From NCBI GenBank assembly GCA_947627475.1, contig CANQWE010000001.1:7069-71068 (forward strand): a stretch of 64,000 nucleotides of DNA, in the 5' to 3' direction. The stretch comes from an uncultured Clostridia bacterium. GTDB lineage: Bacteria > Bacillota > Clostridia > Oscillospirales > CAG-272. Every line of letters begins with the position of its first letter. Within the stretch, counting starts at the first letter, position 1. Below are positions 41,139-51,590 of this stretch, piece by piece. A program made the position numbers and the translations under genes. Under the pieces are notes generated by a model. It saw nothing but the letters and a program-made list of their open reading frames with translations, was not told where the DNA came from and ran no database searches.

Positions 41139-41930
41139 ATGCACTTTACAAAAATGCACGGTCTTGGAAACGATTATTTATACGTTTACGGTACGGTTCC
41201 GGAGAATATCGCCCAGCTTTCCAGAAAGCTGTCCCGGCGGCATTTCGGCGCCGGCTCCGATGGAATGATTTACATTTCTCCTTCCGATATCGCCGACTTT
41301 CAAATGCGCGTTTTCAATGCCGACGGCAGCGAGGCGAAAATGTGCGGAAACGGCATCCGCTGCGTAGGCAAGTATGTGTATGATAAGGGATATACGGACA
41401 AAACGCATTTGAAAATCGAAACCCTGTCCGGTATCAGATATCTGGACCTGCAGCTGGTGGGCGGGAAAGTAAAAACAGCAGCAGTCCAAATGGGCACTGC
41501 CATGCCGGAGCAGGAGCGGACATTGGTCCTGGACGGCGCGCACATTTGCTATACGCCGGTTTCGGTGGGCAATCCCCACGCGGTAGTCTTTGTGGACGAT
41601 GCCGAGACAGTGCCGCTCACAGAGCTTGGTCCCAAAATAGAGCGTCACAAGGCGTTTCCTGACGGCGTAAATGCAGAGTTTGTGCAGGTCCTTTCAGAGA
41701 ACGAGCTGCGAATGCGCGTATGGGAGCGGGGCAGCGGTATAACAATGGCTTGCGGGACGGGGGCCTGTGCCAGTGCCATGGCGGCGGTAGCCAAGGGGTA
41801 CTGTGATTATAACATCCCTATCTATGTCCGCCTGGACGGGGGTACGCTGCAAATTGTAATCGCTCCGGACAACACCGTAACTATGACCGGCCCTGCAGAA
41901 ACTGTTTATGAAGGAGAGGTGTCTATATGA
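41139..41930 (+). CDS. dapF: Diaminopimelate epimerase
   Basis: FTKMHGLGNDY, MCGNGIRC, ACGTGACA (the two catalytic Cys). Confidence 0.9.
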   Translation: MHFTKMHGLGNDYLYVYGTVPENIAQLSRKLSRRHFGAGSDGMIYISPSDIADFQMRVFNADGSEAKMCGNGIRCVGKYVYDKGYTDKTHLKIETLSGIRYLDLQLVGGKVKTAAVQMGTAMPEQERTLVLDGAHICYTPVSVGNPHAVVFVDDAETVPLTELGPKIERHKAFPDGVNAEFVQVLSENELRMRVWERGSGITMACGTGACASAMAAVAKGYCDYNIPIYVRLDGGTLQIVIAPDNTVTMTGPAETVYEGEVSI

Positions 41931-43123
41931 TTTTACCCAACATGCACTATGCAAATTTAAAGGATTCCTATCTCTTTTACAATATTGCGCAGAAGACAGG
42001 GGCGTATCTGGAGGCCAACCCGGGTACATACCTGTATCGCATGGGGATCGGAGACGTGTCACTGCCTTTGCCGGAGGTCGTTATCCAGGCGCTGCACCAG
42101 GCGGTAGACGATCAGGCCACAAAAGAGCATTTTCACGGCTATATGCCCGAGTGCGGGGCGCCATTTTTGCGGGAGGCCATTGCAGAGCACTACAAGGGGC
42201 GGGGCGTACAGCTGTCTGCAGACGAGATTTTCGTGTCCAGCGGGGCCAGCGACGAGCTGGGAGACATTCTGGATTTGTTTGATCCCTCCAGCAGCGCACT
42301 TGTGATCGAGCCGGCATATCCGGCTTATGTGGACGCCAATGTAATGGCCGGGAGAAATATTCTGCATTTGCCCTGCGGACGGGAAAACGAATTTTTGCCG
42401 TCTCCCCGGCAGGACAGGAAAGCAGACCTATTTTATATATGCTCTCCCAATAATCCTACCGGCGCAGTATTCGGCCGGGATCAGCTGCAGGCCTGGGTGG
42501 ATTTTGCCAATAAAAACGGTTCGGTGATTTTGTTTGACGCCGCTTACGAAGCCTTTATCCAGGACCCGGAACTGCCCCACAGTATTTTCGAGCTGGACGG
42601 GGCGCAGACCTGCGCCATTGAAATCTGCTCTCTTTCCAAAACAGCAGGCTTTACCGGCACCCGGCTGGGATACACCGTAATACCCAAGGCGCTGGTCCGC
42701 GGCGGCCTGTGCTTTCATGACATGTGGGTGCGCAACCGTACCACAAAGACAAACGGGGTTTCCTATATTATCCAAAAGGGCGGCGCCGCTGTCTTTACAC
42801 CGGAAGGGCAAAGGCAAATTCGGGAGAATATTGCAGTTTATAAAAACAATGCAGGGGTTCTAATGCAGGCCCTTGACAGCCTGGGTATTTGGTACTGCGG
42901 CGGGAAAAATGCGCCGTATATATGGATGCAGTGTCCTAAGGGTATGGGCAGCTGGGAATTTTTCGACTATCTTCTAAAGGAGATCCAGGTGGTGGGAACC
43001 CCTGGCGAGGGCTTTGGGGCCTGTGGAGAGGGATATTTCCGCTTTTCTACCTTTGGAAGCCCCCAGGACACCAGGGAAGCAGCCCGTCGACTTACAGAAC
43101 TGCTTGGAAAGAAGGAATTTTGA
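41927..43123 (+). CDS. dapL: LL-diaminopimelate aminotransferase
   Basis: NLKDSYLFYNIAQK...YRMGIGDVSLPLP, SLSKTAGFTGTRLGY. 4-nt overlaps with dapF and nadE. Confidence 0.8.
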   Translation: MILPNMHYANLKDSYLFYNIAQKTGAYLEANPGTYLYRMGIGDVSLPLPEVVIQALHQAVDDQATKEHFHGYMPECGAPFLREAIAEHYKGRGVQLSADEIFVSSGASDELGDILDLFDPSSSALVIEPAYPAYVDANVMAGRNILHLPCGRENEFLPSPRQDRKADLFYICSPNNPTGAVFGRDQLQAWVDFANKNGSVILFDAAYEAFIQDPELPHSIFELDGAQTCAIEICSLSKTAGFTGTRLGYTVIPKALVRGGLCFHDMWVRNRTTKTNGVSYIIQKGGAAVFTPEGQRQIRENIAVYKNNAGVLMQALDSLGIWYCGGKNAPYIWMQCPKGMGSWEFFDYLLKEIQVVGTPGEGFGACGEGYFRFSTFGSPQDTREAARRLTELLGKKEF

Positions 43124-43851
43124 TGCGTGATTACAAAGCTGAATTGGAAAACAGAGTTGCCTTTATACAGTCTGTTATAGAAGAGAGCGGAGCCGCAGGA
43201 ATTGTCTATGGAAACAGCGGCGGAAAGGATTCCGCTTTGGTGGGTATTCTCTGCAAGGCTGCCTGTGACAATACAGTGGGCATCATTTTGCCCTGTACTT
43301 CCCGGCGGAATTATACCCAGGACGCCGCAGATGCAGGGGAAGTTGCCTCCAGGTACCATATTGAGACCCGTACCGCAGACCTGACCCCTGTCAAGGAGGC
43401 GGAGCTTCAGGCACTTAACGGAGTGACCGCGCCAAACGCGGCGGCGCTTGCGAATATAGCACCCCGTCTGCGGATGCTTACGCTGTACGCGGTTGCGGCG
43501 TCGGAAAACAGATTGGTTGCCGGTACCGGAAATAAAAGTGAAGCCTATGTAGGGTACTTTACAAAATGGGGCGACGGGGCGCACGATTTTAATCCCATTG
43601 GAGATCTGACCGTCACGGAGATTTACGAATTTCTGCGGTATCTGGACGCACCTGCATGTGTGATGGAAAAAGCGCCGTCGGCAGCGCTTTTCGATGGACA
43701 GACAGATGAAACGGAAATGGGCGTTACCTATGCGCAGCTGGACGCGTTTCTGGCCGGAGAAAGGATCCCGGAGGATAAAAAGCAGATTGTGGAGCGCATG
43801 CATCAGGCAAGCGCCCATAAGCGGCAAGGCATTGCAGTGTATAAGCCCTAA
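43120..43851 (+). CDS. nadE: NH3-dependent NAD+ synthetase
   Basis: GNSGGKDSALV (PP-loop), GTGNKSE, 243 aa. Confidence 0.85.
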   Translation: MMRDYKAELENRVAFIQSVIEESGAAGIVYGNSGGKDSALVGILCKAACDNTVGIILPCTSRRNYTQDAADAGEVASRYHIETRTADLTPVKEAELQALNGVTAPNAAALANIAPRLRMLTLYAVAASENRLVAGTGNKSEAYVGYFTKWGDGAHDFNPIGDLTVTEIYEFLRYLDAPACVMEKAPSAALFDGQTDETEMGVTYAQLDAFLAGERIPEDKKQIVERMHQASAHKRQGIAVYKP

Positions 43852-43930
43852 TCTGTTTTTACAAAAGGCCCGATGTGCTGCGACCGGTACTATGCACAAA
43901 GAAAAAATCCGTGTGATCGCTTTTATTCAT

Positions 43931-43966
43931 AGAAAAAGCACTTCTCATAAGAAGTGCTTTTTCTAT
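43931..43966 (+). terminator. Intrinsic terminator ending the purA...nadE transcription unit
   Basis: agaaaaagcacttc-tcat-aagaagtgctttttct. Confidence 0.75.
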
Positions 43967-44390
43967 GACAGAAGTACACGGACTGGAACTATATAAGGCA
44001 ATTTTTATACTTCCGTATTATTTTTGCAATGCCCATAAACATGGGGACCTCTGAAATTTATCAATACAAACGGTTCTATGGCTTTACCTATTATGACGCT
44101 GTAAAGGGTTACATTCATTACAGTGGATAGGAGTAACAACAATCTCCCAATCACCCGTATCAACAGCCCCTGCGCGGATCCGCAGAAGATACTCACATAA
44201 GTTTTTGCTTTCCCCCTCCCTTATTAAAGATCGTTCCAATCATCTCGAATATGCAAAGGCTTGTTAAATAAGTATATTTGTATTTAAATTCCCAATGGTT
44301 TTCGTACCTTTTTCTTGTAATCAAATAAAATTGTACGTTTACCAACCTTCCTGGGACTGCTTGTAAAAGGATAATAACAGGTTCATTCTG

Positions 44391-46940
44391 CTAAAAAGCT
44401 GTTTGTGATTTCACTTCATGAAAGCTATCGCCCCATTCGCTGACCGCATAAAATTTATTATTTATGTATAAAAGTGCAGTTTGATTTAAAAACGGATGAC
44501 AGCCACTGTTGTAGGAAGGAATGATTACAGATCGAGTAAATAAATTTCGTAAATACAAAGATTTATCATTTGAATTTATATATAGAATACTCTTTTCATT
44601 ATGCCATGGGTTTGCAATTACCTGCATAATACAGTATTTTCCATTCACTGTTTTTCCCATATAAGTATATCCATTGCCATCCATTTGAATTGGTAATTTG
44701 CTGCGAATATAATGGATTTCTTCACTACCATCGCAGTTGTTGTCTACAATAATCAAGGCATTGTTTTGGTTTTTCTGCATTTCGTCTACAGCAATGACAG
44801 GATAATCTACAAGGATATTCGGATAATCGGTATTTGTTTTCGGATGTGAAAAAGTGTCGCAAACACGTTTTAACATATCGTCCTGCGTGTTACAATTGAC
44901 AATTCTCAAGGCTGTCATATATACATCTAACAAGCCTGTTCCTTTGTAGTGACAAATACTTTTACAAAAGTCTTCTGAAACAATAAATCCCCCTGTAAGT
45001 GTGTTTTTCAATATGACTTCATTGTCATAATATTTTTTAAAAGTCAATTTTTTATCATTTATTAAAATAAAAAAGTTTTCCCTGTCCAGTTGCGGGGGCA
45101 AAATTATTTTCAGCCCAGTGCAGTTTTTTGCTTGAATAATCATATTGTATCCTACAATTTCCAGAGCGACTTCTGCATAGGATGTTCCCTTTAAAATTGA
45201 CTCAATTTCAATATAATAAGCTTTTCTGCAACGATTTCTTTCCGTACGGTAATAAATTATATCAGGGTACGCGTTAAGCTCTTCAGACATAAGTAAATCA
45301 ATGGATCGTTTTGTATATTGTACCCTTTTTAGCTCTATATCCGCATTATAATACTTGTGGACAAAAAGAAAATGCAAATTTCTAAGAGCTTTTTCAAGTT
45401 GTTTTCTTTCCTTTAGAAATGGATCGTTTTCATTAATGGATGCAATCAAATGAAACCAACGAACATTATATAGATTATCTATATTGGGCCGATATGCGTT
45501 TGTCAATCTTGTATAGATACCGGCAAACAAATGCGGAAACGCCTGCACTAAATTTATTAAGGCAATGTTTCCGGCGCAATGGGAAATTGCATAAATCCTT
45601 TTTTTATTGATACGAAACCGATGCAATATGTCTTTGATTTCATTCAGCAAAAATGTTTCACCCATATAACTTCCTAAAGTACACCCCCGGCCTCCTATGT
45701 CGGCGCAAATAACATCATCTCTTTCTGCAAAATGATTGGAATAATTGGACTCCAATATTTCAGGAGGATAATCTGATATATATCCATGAGAAATGGTGAG
45801 CAGGAGTGAATACTCTTTTTCAGGATCAAAATTTTGCGGCAAAACGATATAGTATTGATAAAAATGTTTATCCTCATCGGAATAATAGCAATAAAAATGC
45901 TGTCCGGGGTGATATAAGTACTCCTGGATTTTGTTGTTTTGCACTGCGTAAAGAATCTTTTTTAAATTGCTCCCATAATAAGTATCTGTGTCAACGGTTT
46001 TTAATTTGTCAATATAATAGTGAATTTCATTTTTTATAAGTTCGGGGATATTATTCCTTTTAAGCAGTTCCTTTGCTTGTTCTTGTAGTTCTCTTAAATA
46101 GTCCGGAGCAGCATAGTACCGAAAAAGCGGTATGGATTTACAAGATACCTGTCCGCAAGTGTCTTCTGCATAAAAAAATGCATAGAGCAGATTGTACTTA
46201 TCTTCCTCCATATTAGGCAAAAAGGAAAGATCTATTTTATATTCCTTTTGAAAACTTAACTTTGCTTCAAACAGTATTTTACCGGTTTTTTCGCTTTTTA
46301 TAAGCATCTTGATTTTCGAATTGTAGTCAAAATGGATCAAGTCCAGGGGGATCAGCGAAAATGCAAAGATTTTATCTTCCTGAATAAAAATGGATTGTAC
46401 ATTGATAAGAAAATCCTTTGGTTTAAACCAGTAATTTTGATCCGTCAGAGACAACAGCGAACCGCAGGATTTATTTATGCTTTCTATTCTGACTGTAGGA
46501 ACCGTTTGACAATAGGAAAGCAAAACACCATATTCAATACAAAATATATTATATCCTTTATTCAATGTAACAGTATACAACATGTTTTCATGGCCAATAA
46601 ATACAATTTTTCCGTTGAGCCAATGTCTGAATTTGTCGTTTTTATCTCCTGCTATCCGAGGAAAATATGTGATTTGCGTTTCTTCCTCTGCTTCGACAAT
46701 AAAAAAATGTACATATTTTCTATAAAACCCATGTGGTGTTTCCTCATTTCCTGAAGCGTTGTGTATTTCCGTTTCCATACGGTAGCCTTTACACAAATGC
46801 ATGATATATTCGATTTCAGGAATAGAGTTTTCGTAATAGTTATATTTTGTCCAATCGTACAGCTTTTTGGAAATTACGCCCATTTTATCCGGCATGATCG
46901 CTTTGTCCGTCAGTTTGTATGTAATATCCAGTAATTTCAT
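44391..46940 (-). CDS. Large cytoplasmic protein with central S9/esterase-like alpha/beta-hydrolase domain carrying Cys at the nucleophile elbow
   Basis: YYIVLPQNFDPEKEYSLLLTISHGY, ADIGGRGCTLGS, KKRIYAISHCAGNIALINLVQAFPHLFAGIY (Sm-x-Nu-x-Sm with Cys), downstream ENDPF and a His. ATG 46940 (MKLLDITYKL) is preferred over the track start at 46958. Confidence 0.5.
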   Translation of the reverse strand: MKLLDITYKLTDKAIMPDKMGVISKKLYDWTKYNYYENSIPEIEYIMHLCKGYRMETEIHNASGNEETPHGFYRKYVHFFIVEAEEETQITYFPRIAGDKNDKFRHWLNGKIVFIGHENMLYTVTLNKGYNIFCIEYGVLLSYCQTVPTVRIESINKSCGSLLSLTDQNYWFKPKDFLINVQSIFIQEDKIFAFSLIPLDLIHFDYNSKIKMLIKSEKTGKILFEAKLSFQKEYKIDLSFLPNMEEDKYNLLYAFFYAEDTCGQVSCKSIPLFRYYAAPDYLRELQEQAKELLKRNNIPELIKNEIHYYIDKLKTVDTDTYYGSNLKKILYAVQNNKIQEYLYHPGQHFYCYYSDEDKHFYQYYIVLPQNFDPEKEYSLLLTISHGYISDYPPEILESNYSNHFAERDDVICADIGGRGCTLGSYMGETFLLNEIKDILHRFRINKKRIYAISHCAGNIALINLVQAFPHLFAGIYTRLTNAYRPNIDNLYNVRWFHLIASINENDPFLKERKQLEKALRNLHFLFVHKYYNADIELKRVQYTKRSIDLLMSEELNAYPDIIYYRTERNRCRKAYYIEIESILKGTSYAEVALEIVGYNMIIQAKNCTGLKIILPPQLDRENFFILINDKKLTFKKYYDNEVILKNTLTGGFIVSEDFCKSICHYKGTGLLDVYMTALRIVNCNTQDDMLKRVCDTFSHPKTNTDYPNILVDYPVIAVDEMQKNQNNALIIVDNNCDGSEEIHYIRSKLPIQMDGNGYTYMGKTVNGKYCIMQVIANPWHNEKSILYINSNDKSLYLRNLFTRSVIIPSYNSGCHPFLNQTALLYINNKFYAVSEWGDSFHEVKSQTAF

Positions 46941-47059
46941 TGGTTTTATTCCTTTCAAAAGAATCTGCTTCGGATATTATTCTAAGGGGAAACTTGGGGC
47001 AAGCGCACGACAGCACAGGTCGCGTACTATCTCCCCAGTTTCAAATTTGCTTCGGACAA

Positions 47060-48865
47060 TTACTCTGATACCGGGGGAGCGGCGGCTTCCTGATATTTTT
47101 TTGCCTGGACCCGGAACATTTCAGCGTATTTACCATTCATCCGCATCAATTCTATATGTGCTCCGCATTCGACGATTTCACCGTTTTCCAAAACATATAT
47201 CCTATCCACATCCCGCGTCGTTGAGAGTCGATGGGAAATCGTGATAACCGTCTTTTCCTGTGCAAATGCCTGTACATTTTTGTTGATTTCATATTCAGCA
47301 ACAGGATCCATAGCAGAGGATGGTTCATCCATAATGATGATGTCATATGGACGGACGAGCACCCGCGCTATAGCAAGTTTTTGTGCTTCGCCGCCGGAAA
47401 GATTTATACCTGTATCATCAAATTCTTTGGTCAGTCCGGTTTGTATCCCGCGAGGCAGGTTTTTTAATCTGTCGCTGAATGTACACAATTCCAGCGCCTT
47501 AATAATCGAAGCCTTTTCCTCTCCATCGTAACTGTCGCGCAGGACATTTTCTGCGATGGAAGTGGCAAAGATCTGAAAATCCTGCAGTACCACGCCAAAA
47601 CGGGATTGGTAGGACCTGCATGCATATTTCCTGATATCCATTCCATTATAAAGGATCTTTCCCTCCACCGGGTCATAAAGATGCAGCAACAGCTTAATCA
47701 GGGTGGTTTTGCCTGCGCCGTTATATCCTACCAGCGCGATTTTTTCCCCGCGTTTTATAGAAAAGTCAATATGGCGCAGAACTGGTTTATTTACAGCGTA
47801 ACCAAAAGAGACATTTTGCAGGGTCAGCGACTCGAAGGGCTCTGGCACCATAGCATCCTCCGGGGAGGAGACGGTATACTCCATAAACGCGCGCAGCTTT
47901 TTTATATAAATACCATGCTCCGGAAGCTTTACAAGCTTGTCCACAATATCCTGCAGACACCATCTGAGCGCCCAAAAAGACGACAAGGCCACTGCAAGTC
48001 CAGAAATCGACACGGTATTGGAAATCATAATTTGATACAGCAAAATGATGTAAATAAAAGGTTCCACAGCACTTGTAAGTATTTTGCCTGCCATAACATT
48101 TATGCAGTTTTTTTTCAAATACTTCTCTTCAACCTCCCGAATCTGTTCAAGCGTTTCCCTATGTTTGTCCCAGATCAGTTCGTTTACGTGGCTGATTCTG
48201 ACCTCCTTTGCAGTATCCGGAAGGGAATAGATCCTCTCATAGTAGCTTATTTTCCGATTTTTAGGCGTTGTTTCCAATGCACTTTGTAATTGAATCTTTG
48301 CGCTGGCTTTTTGTATAAACAACGAAAGAATACTTGCGGCGACAGCTGCCAGACTCAGTGCCGGACTGATGGAAAAAAAGAGCGTTACAATCGTAATAAA
48401 ACTCGTAGATGATAAGATAATAGCCGACAAGGTTTCCATAAGCCCAACGGCACGGGTATCACTTTGACTGACAGACCAGACAAAATTGTCATAAAACTCT
48501 GTATCATCGTAACTGGAGATGGGGATGCTTTTGGAGATCTCAAACAGCTCTGTATGCATTCGATATTCCAGTACCTGCCTTTTGCAGCGGCGCGTCACAT
48601 TGTAGTAGTACTGCTTAATGATTTGAAAAATGACAATAAAAGCAAAGATTCCTGCAATGCCCCCAAGAGCAGTGATAAACGACGCGTTGTTATTGATATA
48701 GTCATAAAATACCTTGATGAACAACACCTGAACAGAGTTATTGAGACCCTCCAACACACCGAAAATCAGTTCCCATATGAGCAGTCCGGGAGTGAATTTC
48801 CAAATGAGCCGAAGCATGAACCAGTCGTTTTTCAAGTTTTCCAAACGATCTCGCTTCTTTTTCAA
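47060..48865 (-). CDS. ABC exporter, fused permease/ATPase (heterodimer partner 2)
   Basis: 6 TM N-terminal half. GYNGAGKTTL, LSGGEAQKLAIAR, IIIMDEPSSAMD. ATGA overlap with the upstream ABC gene. No N-terminal peptidase domain. Confidence 0.85.
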   Translation of the reverse strand: MKKKRDRLENLKNDWFMLRLIWKFTPGLLIWELIFGVLEGLNNSVQVLFIKVFYDYINNNASFITALGGIAGIFAFIVIFQIIKQYYYNVTRRCKRQVLEYRMHTELFEISKSIPISSYDDTEFYDNFVWSVSQSDTRAVGLMETLSAIILSSTSFITIVTLFFSISPALSLAAVAASILSLFIQKASAKIQLQSALETTPKNRKISYYERIYSLPDTAKEVRISHVNELIWDKHRETLEQIREVEEKYLKKNCINVMAGKILTSAVEPFIYIILLYQIMISNTVSISGLAVALSSFWALRWCLQDIVDKLVKLPEHGIYIKKLRAFMEYTVSSPEDAMVPEPFESLTLQNVSFGYAVNKPVLRHIDFSIKRGEKIALVGYNGAGKTTLIKLLLHLYDPVEGKILYNGMDIRKYACRSYQSRFGVVLQDFQIFATSIAENVLRDSYDGEEKASIIKALELCTFSDRLKNLPRGIQTGLTKEFDDTGINLSGGEAQKLAIARVLVRPYDIIIMDEPSSAMDPVAEYEINKNVQAFAQEKTVITISHRLSTTRDVDRIYVLENGEIVECGAHIELMRMNGKYAEMFRVQAKKYQEAAAPPVSE

Positions 48866-50673
48866 GTGTCATCGCCCCCTTTGATATAGTTTTCTGCCTG
48901 GATACGAAACAACTTTGCATATTCTCCGTTTTTGTCCATGAGTTCCTTGTGATTGCCGGATTCTAAGATCCGTCCGTTTTCCAGCAAATAAATCCTGTCT
49001 GCCAATGTTGCGGAGGACAAACGGTGTGAAATCAGGATCATGGTGCGATTGCGGCAGGCTTTGATCATATTTTCGTACATTTCATACTCTGCGATGGGAT
49101 CTAAGGCAGAGGAAGGCTCGTCCAATATAACAACAGGGCAATCCTTTGCATACACATGGGAAATCGCCAGCTTCTGATTTTGACCTCCGGACAGGATTTC
49201 CCCCTCATTGTCAAATTCACGGTCGAGCACTGTATGTATGCCGGATGGCATTTGCCTGACACGATTATACAATCCGCTTTTTTGCAGCGCGTCAATTACG
49301 ATCGGATCGTCATCGTCCTGCGGCCGCCTAAGCAGTACATTTTCCTTGACAGTCATGGAGAAGTGGCGATAATCCTGCAGCACGGTAGCAAAAAGATCAT
49401 GGTATGTAGACAAACGATACTTCTTAATATCCCTGCCGTTGAGTTCAATGACGCCTTCTGACGGATCATATAAACGGAGAAGCAGTTTGATCAGCGTAGT
49501 TTTTCCCGCTCCGTTGTGCCCTACGATCGCAATCTTTTCTCCCTCGCGGATACGGAGAGAAATATCCTTTAGTATGTATTCGTTGTGTTCTCCATGATAT
49601 TTAAAGGAGACATGCTTGAGCGAAATATCCCCGGCCTTTGCAGAGGGTGCTTCCATATCTTCTCGGATCCCCTGCTGATACTCCATAAATTGTCTTAAAT
49701 TATTTATATACAGAGAATGCGAATACATTTGTGCGATGCTGGCATTCAGAGTGTCAATGCTTGCGCTTACCCGCGCCACTGTATTGATCAGCACAAGACA
49801 GTCTCCATAAAGCATTCGTTTTGTTCCCAGCGTTTGCCATGCAGCATACGCAAACAGAAGAGAATGAGATAAAAAGGTACTGGCAACAATGATCAGCAAC
49901 TCCCAGAAAGCCAGACGTACGCCCTTGGAACGATATATGCGAATAATTTCATCGGCTGCCTCTTTGTACTGCCTTAAAATGACCTTAGAAATATTAGACA
50001 GGCGCAATTCGGCTGCGTAATCCCGTAGATAAAATGTTCTTACAGTATATTGCTTTTTTCGCTCGGCACTTGTTTTGGATTGGTCCAAGTCAAAACTCAA
50101 ATAGTTTTTTTTCTTCCGGATTTTATTTACAAGAAAGGGGAAAAAAGCAAATATCAGTACCAGCGGATCGATCAGGCACGCAAGGATGCCGCTCCCCACC
50201 AAGGAAATTCCGGCGTTGATGACCGTAATGGAACTATTGAATACTGCGTCTACACGACCGGAGCATTCGGCCATCGCACGGGTATATGTATTATAATACT
50301 CCGGGTCCTCGTAGCAAAACAGCTCACATTCAGCCATCTTTTTCAGGGACATTGTTTTCATTTTGCGATGGATCGTATATGTAAAATACGGCTGTAGCTT
50401 GACATCCACGCAGGATGTCACGATGTGATAAACCACATAAATCAAAAACAGGATACACAGAAACTTGACAGCGTCAAAATAATTTCCGCCGGTTTGTGCG
50501 ATGTTTACCGCATAGCGAAGGAAATACAGGTTGACCAGACCCAGCAAAGTATCAAGAACTGTAATAAGCGTCGTATATAATATTTTCCACGGACACGCCT
50601 TCCATAAAAGCCTCAGCATATAAAAATTGTTGGACAGCGCCTTCAGAAAGGACTCTTTGTTTTTCTTTTTCAT
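48862..50673 (-). CDS. ABC exporter, fused permease/ATPase (heterodimer partner 1)
   Basis: GHNGAGKTTL, LSGGQNQKLAISH, VVILDEPSSALD. Start ATG 50673 (MKKKNKE) or GTG 50685. Confidence 0.85.
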   Translation of the reverse strand: MKKKNKESFLKALSNNFYMLRLLWKACPWKILYTTLITVLDTLLGLVNLYFLRYAVNIAQTGGNYFDAVKFLCILFLIYVVYHIVTSCVDVKLQPYFTYTIHRKMKTMSLKKMAECELFCYEDPEYYNTYTRAMAECSGRVDAVFNSSITVINAGISLVGSGILACLIDPLVLIFAFFPFLVNKIRKKKNYLSFDLDQSKTSAERKKQYTVRTFYLRDYAAELRLSNISKVILRQYKEAADEIIRIYRSKGVRLAFWELLIIVASTFLSHSLLFAYAAWQTLGTKRMLYGDCLVLINTVARVSASIDTLNASIAQMYSHSLYINNLRQFMEYQQGIREDMEAPSAKAGDISLKHVSFKYHGEHNEYILKDISLRIREGEKIAIVGHNGAGKTTLIKLLLRLYDPSEGVIELNGRDIKKYRLSTYHDLFATVLQDYRHFSMTVKENVLLRRPQDDDDPIVIDALQKSGLYNRVRQMPSGIHTVLDREFDNEGEILSGGQNQKLAISHVYAKDCPVVILDEPSSALDPIAEYEMYENMIKACRNRTMILISHRLSSATLADRIYLLENGRILESGNHKELMDKNGEYAKLFRIQAENYIKGGDDT

Positions 50674-50771
50674 AGACGTCCCCACTTCTCAGATTTTTCT
50701 ATAATTTCCCCGTAAAAATGATTTTTGTAAGCCAATATTAATAAAAATTTATATTGATTCAGGTGGCAGGA

Positions 50772-51590
50772 TCATTTATAGTCGTCACTATAGGCGATCC
50801 AGCGTCGCGGCAGTTTGAATCCGCCTCCGGTTTGTAATTCCATATTATTCAGCAATATGGAATTACAGCACCCCAAAGTATAAATATGCAGTATATCACC
50901 CTGAAAAGCGGTACAGACAGGGGGCAGCGCCTCATATGGCTCCATAGAGAAATACGAAAATTTCAGACCGGCGGTTTGCTGGATCCTGCAGTGATACCGT
51001 GCAAAATTTAAAAGCATTTTAGTCATAAAACAAATTCCAGTATAAAGCTGTGCAGAACAGTATTCCTTAATGTCTCCGTTTTCAATCGGCACATATGGTG
51101 CATTTGTATGTATCTGTGTGGTCAGATCAATAATATAATAATGCTGATTGGTATATATGTAGTTCATGGTATGCCCCGACCCATCCGGACGGATATATTG
51201 GATATATCCCCTGTCGGGATAACGATTCTGAATAACATAGTTGAACCACGCAGCCGCGGATGCACAGCACCCCTCTCCGGTTTCCACAGCATATTTACCG
51301 GATTTGTGCATCTCCCAGGTTCTCTCGCCCGCTTGAAAATAAACGATATCGTTTGTTTCTTCAAACAGGCGAACACACTGAAACAGTTGGATCGCTTCAT
51401 ATGCATTGAATCCCAGCGACCGTATTTTATCCGCCGGTTTTCGCGCAGTCAATGCATATATTTCCTCGTTTGTAAAACGGCTGCTTCCCAAAACATTCAC
51501 GGGGACCCAAAACAAATCTTTTGCAATTTGTGTTTTAAAATCTGCCCCATGCCGCAAATTGATGGTATCATACGAAGTGTGAAGGTACAT
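50772..51590 (-). CDS. Hypothetical Cys-His-Asp protein, transglutaminase/papain-like fold (peptidase or acyltransferase)
   Basis: GEGCCASAAAWFNYV ... GSGHTMNYIYTNQHYYIIDLT has the spacing of a transglutaminase-core C...H...D triad. AGGGAGGG SD before ATG 51590; alternative ATG 51611 abuts the upstream stop. Confidence 0.45.
   Translation of the reverse strand: MYLHTSYDTINLRHGADFKTQIAKDLFWVPVNVLGSSRFTNEEIYALTARKPADKIRSLGFNAYEAIQLFQCVRLFEETNDIVYFQAGERTWEMHKSGKYAVETGEGCCASAAAWFNYVIQNRYPDRGYIQYIRPDGSGHTMNYIYTNQHYYIIDLTTQIHTNAPYVPIENGDIKEYCSAQLYTGICFMTKMLLNFARYHCRIQQTAGLKFSYFSMEPYEALPPVCTAFQGDILHIYTLGCCNSILLNNMELQTGGGFKLPRRWIAYSDDYK

Noticed and set aside
44161-44180. The short match gcaggggc to the tRNA-Trp 3' end as an att-site remnant at the far end of the island.
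   Set aside because: The match is only 8 nt and in the opposite orientation, which is consistent with chance.
44005-44196. 63-aa minus-strand ORF at the left island edge.
   Set aside because: It has a GTG start with the SD-like run too far upstream (~15 nt) and no recognisable family. It is possibly a gene fragment and is not called.
47060-50685. ABC pair as a bacteriocin-type peptidase-containing transporter (SunT/LagD class).
   Set aside because: The N-termini go straight into TM helices, so there is no Cys-protease domain. They are called generic heterodimeric exporters.
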